Positions 27,801 to 38,269 of a DNA stretch of 64,000 nucleotides are shown one piece after another (within the stretch, counting starts at the first letter, position 1; each line of letters starts with the position of its first letter). The position numbers and the translations under genes are program-made. The notes below the pieces were generated by a model, which ran no database searches, was not told where the DNA came from, and saw nothing but the letters and a program-made list of their open reading frames with translations. The DNA comes from Lepidodermella squamata. Lineage: Eukaryota; Animalia; Gastrotricha. The stretch is taken from NCBI GenBank assembly GCA_047495785.1, contig JBLDXI010000048.1, positions 248,001 through 312,000 of the forward strand. Reading direction: 5' to 3'.

Positions 27801-30800
27801 CTTCTTGCACAAATTAGGAATCATCACTTTGCATAAAATTAGCTCAACTCCGAATCTAGCTTAGTTCCGTGCGCGACGCCAACAATGACTGCCCAATCAG
27901 AGGGTAAAACTGGACTTTTGCGCGAACGATAAGTCACAATTTTTAAGAATCTTGTGGCCGCGCGCGGTGATGTCAAAGAGCTAATCTCGGAGATCGAGAC
28001 GGTTTTTATACCGAAATAAAGTTCAGATAATACTCTATCGCGCTGAAAAACTATAAAAGATGGTATAGAAATATTAGGGGTCACAGCAGGGTGCGATGTT
28101 CGATCCCCGAGCTCACAGGGATGGAAAAAATTGTGTGATGTATTTGCCGAAATTGACGGGTCATTTCGGCTAATAACCAAGCGAAGCGAGAAAATGTTGG
28201 ATATTTTCTACTAAAACACGCTCCAGAGCCTTCAAAAATTAACAAAACAGTGGGATAAATTCTCATTTTGTTGTCTGGCCCGGCCGAGCTGGAAGGGGGA
28301 GGGGAGGGAAAATCGCAAACAGGGTCACAGCTCACAGCCTTGTAAAAAATTTTGAATTTTGGGTCGCCTAGGGTGAGGCGTTGAGGCGTGAACGATGATC
28401 ACATTTTATGCAGAAAAGGTTAGAAGCTAAAGTAATACCGAATTACAAGAAAGGACCGCGTTAAATAGGAAAGATACATACTTAACATTAAATCGCATGC
28501 GCTGTTTGCATCGATCTTGGCCGGGCAGACGAATCTTTTCCTGGAATTACCATTCAAATTGAAGAAAAGGCAGCGCTAATAATTTGAAATTTATGATAAG
28601 CTTTATGACTCCTGATTTCACCACACATTTTATGTCCACGCACGTGTCTCCTAATAATTCTCTACTCTATTTTATGATATATTGAGTTCATGAGCATACT
28701 AAATTTTCGTACAGCGAAACAGCGGTGCAGATCCAGTGGTGGACAGGTGGCGACGATAAAAAGCGCAGCCGAGTTGGAACAAGTTAGAGCGGTTCTTTAC
28801 GCGAACGGCCTGGTCGGCACTGGTAGGTTCTCGGCTTGGGGCGGTATTATCCGTGATGATAACGGTGAAAGGTGGCATGACGGCTCATCAGTGGAAAATC
28901 TCCCTTCTGGCCTCCGGATACCCGCAGGTAAGAAGATCAGTGAAACCGATTCTCAGTTTTGGCTAACAGCAGTAAAACTGATTCTCAGCGGGCTACTTCA
29001 GTAGTCTAGGTTATAAGCTGGAACGGGCCTGCCAGGGCAGGACTCGAAAGTGCTTTATTTAAAATAGAGACGTTAATAAAGACTCTTTAATCTCTAAACT
29101 CCAAGTTAAAAGCAGTCGAATTTCTGTTGTTACAACAGGCGTTTTCCAAATGTTTCCAAATGGCAAGTGCTCTGCATTCAATCACGTACTTGAAATCGAT
29201 GACGTTCCAAGTGATTACTATCTCGCCCCCATGGATTGTGAAGATTCCAACGGCTTCATTCGTTCCGTAATTTGTGAAACTTACGACCCTCCGGTGAGCC
29301 TGCTAACAGTGACGCAATCGACGCATAATCTTGGGTTAATAGGTAACAGGTTTTGTACGATGTGTTAATTCGCGCTCTGGCTCGTGGAAGAGATGCGTCC
29401 CTGCAACTCAAGGTAACATATTTCCGTCACGCGCACGAGATTCCTCAGTTTTCTGTTGATAGGCTGCGATAAAGCTTTCGAGAGGCAAATGCCAGTTGAT
29501 GTCGGATTCGCGACGCAGGCCGACTGCGAGTCCGCCGTCAAAGACTTCTACGTCGGTTCTCAATCGTTCCCAGTCAACACGTTTGAAAGCGCTTTTCAGC
29601 TGTGCTACGCCAAGGGCGGCCAGCCAGCTACTGTGGTGACTGCGAATGATTTGGCTGCGTTGAGGACTTTCGCGACTACGGTTATCCAACAACCGGAAGC
29701 CGGCTGGCTGGGCCTCGTCAACAACAATAGCATATACCAGTGGGTCGATGGTGCGCCTTTCCAAGGGGATTTCAGCATTTGGGGTTCCGGAGAGCCCAAT
29801 GGTAAGATTTGTACGAAAAAATTGCCAGAAATTAGTGGTTTCTCATTTTGTGCGAATTAAATAAACTTTTTTAGAACTAGCCTAAGAATTTAAATACCTT
29901 ATAGGAAGTCCTCCAGAAAATTGCGCCGGGCTGCAGACCTACGCCGGTACTTACTCCTTGAATGACGTTCCCTGCTCATTTCAAAACTTGTATTCGGCTG
30001 CGATCTGCGAGACGATGAAATCGCCTTCCTCTTCTTCGCCTTCTTCGCCGTCTTCTTCACCAAGCTCGCCGCCCATGTACGGCGCGATTCGCTGCCTCGA
30101 CAAATCAACCGGAATCTCGCGGTGCGTGCCAGCAATTGACAGTAAGTTCTCTCGCGGTCAAATATTCCAATTATGAAACTGATTTCATTTGTTAACTATA
30201 AGAGTGCTTGCCGACAGAGGAGCAGTTTCCGAGGGCGCAAGCTTACTTGACGATGAATCACTGCTATAAAGCCGATCGAGTTTACACCCCTCTCCGTGTT
30301 TCGATTTTTCCCCGGCGTTTCAAGGAGGCTGCAGCTCTTTGCACTCTCTCAGGCGGCCAGTTGGCCTCTATTTACAATTCCGCTGATTTGTACAGATTGC
30401 GCCGCGCTGCTCAAGGCATCGATTCTTTATGGATTGGCATGGCTTCTGACAACAATTCGGAGTACAGATGGCAATCTGGGGATACGGTGGACCTTTTCAC
30501 CGGGTTGAACGCATCGCCGGTGAGACCGCCAGGAGGTTTGCAAAGTTACAATTTTACGGTCAAAAGCTGAATACAGTATATTTTCAATCATTCAAATTCC
30601 GATTGGAAAGCCCCACTCGACAAATTGATACATTTTGAATTATTTCAGGGCCAACGTGCGCTATAATGCGCAGAACTGGTGTTCCTGGAACCTGGCACAC
30701 CGACCTCTACCTCGAAGCAGCCGATTGCTACGATGATAACACCGGTCTTGCCTGCGAAACTCTTTTGTATCAAAGGGTAGGTTTTACAACATGATATATT

Positions 30801-31498
30801 ATACGTAACATGCTGTTTTTCTATTGAAACTTGTGCCTGTTTCTTTCAGTCTGGATATGCTAGGTGCCTAAGTAAAACCAGAGTTTCTTGCCGCGCTTTG
30901 GGTAATTTATTTTCGTTCTGTTTCTTTTTACAATTATCAGACTTCAGCACAATTTTCCGATTCTTTCCGACCGAATGTATTTTCGATGATGTCCTTCTTA
31001 GAGTGCGGATTCGGCGAACGTCAGATGCCGTCGGACACGCTTTTTCCTGACAGGCCCAGCTGCGTGAAGGCGCAAAAGGTTTATTCTCTTATCAGACTGA
31101 GCGAGACAATCGGTTCGTTCGAGGAAGGCCAGCGGATGTGTGAGCAAAACGGCGGCCAGTTGGCCACCGTCAAAACAGCAGCAGAGCAGAGCATTTTAAG
31201 GGGCTTCCTCAACAACGGCGGTCAACAAATCACGGCAATGATTGGCCTGCGTTTGCTTGACGATGGCTCGAACAGCTACGCGTGGGTCGATGGCACGAAC
31301 TTCTGGCCGCTTGCACCTGAACGGCAGTGGGGCGGAACGGATTCCTTTGATGAGCCTCAGGGTGAAGGCGCATGTACCGCTTACAGGTTCTACTCGGCCT
31401 TCAAAACCTACCCCCAGAACTACTATCTCGACAACATCAGCTGCGACTACCCTTTCAATGCTATTGCATGCGAAACTTTCAAAAAAACAACGTCTTAA
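15827..31498 (+). CDS. Secreted mosaic protein, copy 2 (tandem paralog of 995-11346, with TE-expanded introns)
   Basis: Exon-by-exon homology and the same intron positions as copy 1; no disabling lesion seen in the exons inspected; stop 31496-31498. Confidence 0.85.
16900..17087. mobile_element. Tc1/mariner-type MITE
   Basis: Perfect 23-bp TIR CAGTGGAACCCCGATTTCCCGTC with TA on both sides. Confidence 0.9.
19961..22068 (-). mobile_element. MULE with internally deleted, intron-containing transposase
   Basis: ~90-bp TIRs beginning GG; perfect 9-bp TSD GAGATTTCG (19952-19960, 22069-22077); ORF from 21656 with a C..C..HxH zinc finger (CCRY...C...KHRH) and PFAV...FQILVSTKRLL, then frameshift with no DDE core; RG-rich and CxxC..CxxC C-terminus. 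Confidence 0.85.
22106..22154 (+). ncRNA. Minimal type I hammerhead ribozyme (Penelope-like)
   Basis: AATTC-taa-GCC CTGATGA t GATGT tttt ACATC GAAA CG TC GGC-GAATT: intact core, 5-bp stem II, helix I pairing, predicted cleavage after C22146. Confidence 0.75.
22399..24244 (-). mobile_element. 5'-truncated RTE-like LINE (one frameshift near 23720)
   Basis: KAPGID, YRGITLLS, FIDLEKAYD, LRQGCPLSP, FADD, YACESW; (ATTTC)n tail; 10-bp TSD AAACTAACGA at 22389-22398 and 24245-24254. Confidence 0.92.
24490..26094. mobile_element. TIR element in intron
   Basis: ~26-bp TIR GGGTGCGTTTCTTTAT...CAACAGA at both ends; internal TTTCTTTAT repeats; TSD not evident. Confidence 0.65.
25101..25347. mobile_element. 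hAT MITE
   Basis: CAG...CTG termini; perfect 8-bp TSD ATCTAGCC; related to 28087-28322. Confidence 0.85.
28087..28322. mobile_element. hAT MITE (same family as 25101-25347, opposite orientation)
   Basis: CAGGGTGCGAT(G/C)TTCGATCCC end; 8-bp TSD GGTCACAG. Confidence 0.8.
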
Positions 31499-32436
31499 AA
31501 GTTAGATGGACCAAAATAGGCTGATTGCATCTTGACTGTTTCTGAAAGAGTGTTATTTAATTCAACTCATTTTGAAATAAAATTGCTCTGCTCAAATAAA
31601 TATTTGATGTTGCTACATGATTAAAGCCCAGAAGGTTTTGAAAACCATCTATTTTTCTCCCCCTATTAGCATGCGCTAATTCGATAGCGAAGAATGTGGG
31701 AGAAAGAATTCGAAAAGCCCATATTTCTATCCCTTACGGTTACGGAGATTTTCCAGTGTCAAAATGGTCACGTGACCTTACCTTGGGTGTCACACCTGGG
31801 CGGTTATCTCGAAAACGGTGATAGCTAGGAAGCCGCTCTCAAAGAAACGTTCATCAGCGTGATAAGATCCACTTGGAAATGCATTCAGTTGGGTCTTCTC
31901 AACACCGCATATTGGTGACACCTTGGTGCAGTCTGTGACAGTCTCAAAAAACGGCTCCTAGCTCATCGCCAAGCCTACGTGACACGGATGATTTATCGGT
32001 TTCCACCGAATTCATACGATTTTCCCAGCGCGAATGTATGCCTTTTAGACACCCTGGGGTTGTGGTCACCCTACAGGGCTTTCATAGGGCTTTAATGCTT
32101 GATTTGAGTTCTTTAAAAAGAGCTTTGAGCTTTTTCGACGGACTCCACCTAATTGGCAGAGGGCGTTTCGACGGTCTCGAGGCTAAACAAAATCAGCAGC
32201 ATTTTTGTGAACTTGAGGTTTGAGGTTTTGCGTGGTTTAAAGTTATTTCTAAAGGGGTTAGACTTCAAAGATCCATATTTTCAGCATGTTAATTTATTTC
32301 TGTATCTCCAGTTTCACGGTCAGTGATTGCATCGATAATGGCATGATCCCTCAAACATCAATCGAATATTTTGCTAATTTTTTCATTTTATCGAATATAC
32401 ACAGCATATGAGACTTGAGTTTGGCTGGTTGCAATA

Positions 32437-34011
32437 TCAATTGGCCTTGTTCCAAACTATTGACTCTGCAACGCCGGCGAAACCGCGCTTGTACAGCAGC
32501 GTATTGATGCAGACGATGGTGAACGAGTTGGGCATCATAGTTAGCGCGAAGCCGAGGGCGCGCGTCTTCTCGTGGATGCGGTAGCCGATGACGAAGAGAA
32601 TGCGGCCGAGCACGAACACGCACGACAGCATGGGCAGAAATCTAATAGGAAGAAAACAAGAAAATTACCAATATCAGTAAAAGACAGAATTATATTATCA
32701 AAAAGCTGAAATTTTTTATAAATTAAAGTAAAAATTTCGATAATTTCTGAAATTTCATGATTGAGTCGTCTGCATGCGGTAAAATTTCGTCAATACTTCA
32801 CTTATTTCGCAATAATTTAACTTCAAAGAATATTTCCGAAGAAAAATTAAATTGTCCCTAAGCGTGGAAAAATCATACAAATTGGAAAAAATTCTCATTG
32901 AAAATAGGTCAAGTTAATTGGCTGAAAATAATATGGAGGGTTCTACTGCTAAAATTTGCTCGATTTTGTGTTTTAACCGACATTTTTGCTCTCTCGAACG
33001 ATTAGGCTGAATGTTAGCCTAAGGTATGTACGATAATTTCAATACTGGCTTTCTATACTTCGGAAATTGGAAAATCACTGCAAAATCGATACTGAAATTA
33101 ATCATAAACTTATATGATATACATTTAGGCACTAAAATAGACGTGAAACTTGGAAGGCCATGTTTGGGTAAGGGAATCCTTTGGCAATTCTCCCAAGGTG
33201 TTTTTTAGCCAATTTTTACCGAATTTCCCCAAAATTATGGAGTCCTCCTTTCACCGGAACCAATTTTCGGAATTTTCTAGTGGCCTGAAATGACCTTTTG
33301 TATTTTTTTTCGGGTCAGGTTGAGCAAAAGAATTCTACAAAAGTTACCAGTAAATTCAGCGTAACATTCTGGCTTATGGAGAATGTTACGCTGAATTTAC
33401 TATAAGCCAGAATGTTCATTTCAGAACTCCTGCGTCGCGTAAAATTCGCCGAATTATTCAAAAAATGAACCTCTGCATATTTCGACTGTGGTTCCGCAAG
33501 GTGTAAAGTTGGTTCGCCACTGTAAATTTAGTTCCGCTCACTTTAAATTTGGTTCCAATAACAGATATTCCGAAAATTATGGTCTCTACTTATATAGGAG
33601 CTTCACTTACTTGGCCGTTTTTTCGTCGAGAAAAGTGCTCAACGCCACCATGTTGATCATGTGAAACACAAACTGTTCGTGCGTGTTGATAAGGATGCGC
33701 TGGCTGATTGCCAACAAGTGTTCGTTGCCCGAAAATGGATCAACAGCCGGGGACAAGAAGCGCCCCAGTGACACGGTGAGCAGCGTGAAGGCATAAGCCG
33801 TAGCCGAGAAGCCGAGGCAGCGCGCGGCGAGGCCGAGCCGCGCCTCGAGGCGATCCATGCCCTTGATAACGATGTCCTGGTTGTCGGTCCACTGATACGC
33901 GACGCCGAAAATGGCGATTGCGGCGGCGATTTGAATGACGTAAGGAATTCGCGAGGTTAGGAAACCAACGTCGGACTCTTGTTTCTCCTTTTTCACACCG
34001 TCTTTCGTCAT
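32437..34011 (-). CDS. TMEM79-like MAPEG-family membrane protein, join(34011..33611, 32641..32437)
   Basis: SQRILINTHEQF and FVLGRILFVIGY...RALGF MAPEG-type motifs; several TM helices; GT-AG intron in frame. Confidence 0.8.
33349..33416. repeat. Perfect 22-bp inverted repeat with a further inverted partial copy
   Basis: AGTAAATTCAGCGTAACATTCT / AGAATGTTACGCTGAATTTACT, followed by ATAAGCCAGAATGTT (reverse complement of 33363-33377). Confidence 0.9.
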
Positions 34012-35911
34012 TATTAATGAAAATTTATAAGGATTCTATATTGGAAATTTACAGCAATTTAAAAATACCTCAAAACTCTGGGAAAATAGAGCGAAAAATG
34101 TATTAAAAAAACTACCCATGAAAAAATTAAATGATGTTTCTAAACATTTTCCCCACAAAATCAAAGGTCCAGCGCTAATCTTTCCCATTCTTTGCGATTT
34201 CGCTGATTTCCTATGTTGACCAATACTGAGCCAAAATGTTTCCTAGGATTTCCAACAATTTTCTCAGGAAATCCCTGAACCCTGAACATGTGATAATTTA
34301 TTTCAGCCAAATGTAAAATAATATATTGTTTCCGAGCGAAAAATAAGCCTAAAGGAGATATCAATCGGCTAGGCATGTGAAAAAAATTGAGATTCTATGG
34401 AATAGCGAATATTCCCATATGGGAAATGAATTTTTCGAAAAATCACAGCGAACCAAAAGTTAAAATTATAAATAATGGAAAGATTTCACTTCAATTCCCG
34501 AATTCGTTGGCGGAAATAAATGTAGTCAAGCTGTATTCTTACATTTAGTTTTTCGGGATTTTTTCAGAGTTGTCCAAGAGGTTGATGAAAAGGTTGATGA
34601 AAATCAGGCCATTTTGCGATTCTCCCGTAGCCGATGCAATAGTGATTTTTGGACGGAAGATATTTGGCCTGATGGTCGGCTATCGGCTCACAAATACTTA
34701 GATTGATTAGATGAATATTGAGCAATTCGTTCATCTTTCAAAAATGCGTATTGAAAAGATGTTCGAATTGTAAAAATAAATTTCCCATTTTATTTAAAAA
34801 TTATCGTTATGATAATTGCTATGAAATCCTAATAATTTTTCATAAAATTACGGTTCGACAAATTTTTATTTGTCATATTGGAGCTACTTAAATATTGATG
34901 TATTGTTCCTCATAAATGGATTGAAAAATTCTCATTCACAAAAAATCATGACCATATTAGGCTACGTGATTAACCCACTGGATGGATAAATTCCTTATTG
35001 AAAGCTAAAAATTAGTAAAAACCATAATGGAAAAAATTAGGAATACTGATAGAAGTGTGCAAACCATGATAGGATTCAATCTTATATACACGCGCTCAAA
35101 TCGGGGCAAAAAACGCGAGGAAAAAATCATTTCGACCGATATAGGATTGAGACAGACCGCAGACAGCGGACCGTCGCCGGTTATACACCCTATACAACAT
35201 GAGGCAAAACAAGTTTTTTTTCCTAATCGCAGCAAAAAATGGCCACGAGTGGTTGAATAAATAATCCTCTCATGCCAGTGTATAAACGCCTGCGGTGATA
35301 ATATAAGGCTGTTTTTTGCCGCGTTCCAGCAGTAGGCATTGCATTAGGATGACTGAAAATAAAAATATTATTAGGACTACTAGCTTTTTTATCTACGTGT
35401 TCCAGAATTCATCATTTGGCTAGGCCACCGTCTGCTCAAAGTCCAGCCAGGGAGACGCTTCATTATCATATTCATCGGCCGTTCGTTTTACATGGTCTGA
35501 CTTTTGTCTCGAAAAATTCCTAACTCAGTTTGAATTAAGCCCCAATTTCAAAGCAATTTTAAAAATACCGACATAGACCCATTTTAATGAGAGTTCTGAT
35601 ATTTGGAAAAAACGTTTGACTATTTCTTTGGCGAAGATTTATACCAGCAATTTCGCAAAAATTGAAAAATTAGCGGAAAAAATGTGGAACAGTCAATTGC
35701 ATACCGAATGATTTTAATCAAAAGTTGGGTGCTCCCCTTTCGAATTTTGAAAGTTTTGAACAAATGCGAAAAGAAAGTTCTCTATCGATCGTGATTAAAT
35801 TCAGCGAAATTCGATCATAATTATTAGTTTTTATTTCTCGCGAGAACAAAGCATCAGTTTCAAGTTTTTATTTCTGTTGTTATTGTCAATGTTTTCATCA
35901 GTTCATCATCC

Positions 35912-36766
35912 TCAATGTGATTTAGCAGTTGCTTTGTTGAACTCGGCCAGTCCAGCGACGCCGCCCTTGATCAGGTGCGAGAGCACGCAGATGAGCGTGA
36001 GCAGGGTGGGCAGGAGGGTGAGAACGAAGCCGAGAACGCGGCCTTTCGTGTGCATGCGGTAGCCGATGATGAAAGCCACTCGACCGAGAACGAAAATGAA
36101 CGAAAGCATCGGAATAAATCTGTAAAAATTAGTAAACATTATTAGCGCCAAATTATATCAATTTAAAATTAAATTAAATAATATGAAAATTATGAAAATT
36201 TCTACAAAATTGAAAAATTTGAAATTACAAAATTTTCTAATAATTTAATTTTTAATAGGTTTCAAATTTTCATACCGAATTCAAATTTTTTCAATTTTTT
36301 TGAAGTTCTCAATTTTTAAAAATATATTAAAATCAAATTGGCTATCTTACTTGGAGGATGATTCATCGAGAATGGTGCTGAATGACAATAGGACAAAAGC
36401 GTGGAGTAGAAACTGCTCGAAGGTGTTGACGAGAATGCGCTGGCTCAGGGCAATTAGCGCCTCATTGCCGGACGTTGGGTCACAAGCCGGCGATGTGAAT
36501 CGGCCGATCGAAACGGTCAACAAGGCGTAGAAAACAGGCGTTATCGAAAAGGCGAGGCATCGGATGGCAAGGGCGAGACGGGCCTCAACTTTGTTGGTGC
36601 CTTCGAATTTGATGTCGCGGCTGTCGACCCATTGATAGGCAACGGCGAATATGCCGACGGCTATGGCCATTTGAATGAAAAATGGGATTCGATACGTGAA
36701 GAAGCCGACTTCTTTCTCCTTTTTTACGGCACTCGAAAACGGACATGACGATCCTTCTTTGGACAT
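35912..36766 (-). CDS. TMEM79-like MAPEG-family protein paralog, join(36766..36351, 36119..35912)
   Basis: SQRILVNTFEQF, FVLGRVAFIIGY; same intron position as the neighbouring paralog. Confidence 0.8.
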
Positions 36767-38269
36767 TTTTCGACAATTAAAACCTGACTAAAATTTAAAG
36801 AAAAAAGAGACCATTTTTTTATGGACATTTTTTTCATTTAATTATCGAGCTGGAAACGTTTGGGAAAAGCCAGAGGACGGTACCAAAGAGTATAGTCAAC
36901 TTCTCCCGCTTCAAAAATGGTTATTGGTGCCAAGGTCCCCAAAATCCAACTTTGGAAAAATTCGAAAATCCTATAACCCTAATCCTAACCCGGAATCCTA
37001 ACCTCTTATCCTAATAGCCGTTTTGCTGATGAAAAAGAATTGTTTGAAAATTCCGAAAAATTTAGTGAACAAAAATTATGTACTAATATTTGAAAGCTAC
37101 GCTAGGCCTTTCATAGTGGGGGATAACAAAAACACGTCTGCAAATAGGCCACTGTTGACAGCAGCGCGCCGGGTTGTATGAAAAGCATCATACAAAGCGC
37201 CATTCGTGGCTGTCTTGCTAAAAACTGCTTTTGAAACACGGTCAAAAATCTTCAGGACAACAGGTGAAAATGAGAAAAGCGTACACAGCAGGTTTGACAA
37301 TTTGACTTGAAAACCATACCGTAGGTGAGGGTAATTTTGGACAAAACACCCATGAATCAGTCTTAAACTAGAAATCAATGATCAAGGTGAGCCTCGATTT
37401 ATCGGTGAAATGTGGTAATTTTACGATTTTTCTCTGATTTTTGGCGATCGAAAACATACACGCTCATTTGCATACTGGCGTAATGGCATTGTGAATGCTC
37501 AGTTTTTGCCGAGCTTCGAGCGGTGACTGGCGTTTTATTCTATTTTTGAGTTGGGCGGCGACGCGCTGTGATCTCTTCACCTTGATCTTCACCTTTAAAA
37601 GTTGTTCATCTCAGAGCGCTGGCCTGAAGCGATTGGCTTCTCGTCTTGTTCAATCACAACCACTACTACTAGCCATTGATGAGATGCTTTAGAGAATGAT
37701 AGGGTACGGGTCAGGAATAACGATGGGAATGAGCGGTAAAATCAGACCGCTAATTTGAAGTGCTGCGAGAGCAGATAGAGATTCAAGCGTTCGACTCCAC
37801 TAACACATCACGAGAAATCCCGGTGAATCTTAGCCAACTGAATCGAGTTCTAAGATATAAAATTAGGACACGCAGCTTCGACTCGAGGTTCCAGCTCATT
37901 TAGCAGCAAAGTTCGCAGCTTCACCTTCCGTATCGTTATTCAGCTTCTTCGTCTTGAATTTATGAGAAAAAATAAAAGATGCATATCTCAACAATAATGT
38001 TTCAAGGCATTTTCACATCCATCCAACAGTCGAAATATTTTGCCTAAATTTAAGCTAAAACGTGTTTTCAGCTTCTCACGCTATAAAATACTGCTGAAGG
38101 TGTCGCATTCAATTCGGGACAAAAACATTGATCTTCTCATTGCATTGATCGGCAGGCTAGTAAAGCGCATTAACATTTACGGGCGACATTCATAGGAATA
38201 AATGATGAATGCGCATTATTCCACCAGTGCAATTCAGTGTACAACTATAGTCTACGTAAATAGACTGAC

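Noticed and set aside
36974-37003. CCTAA/CCCTAA telomere-like repeats
   Set aside because: Only a few degenerate units; more likely TE-internal, and proximity to the TEP1-like gene looks coincidental.
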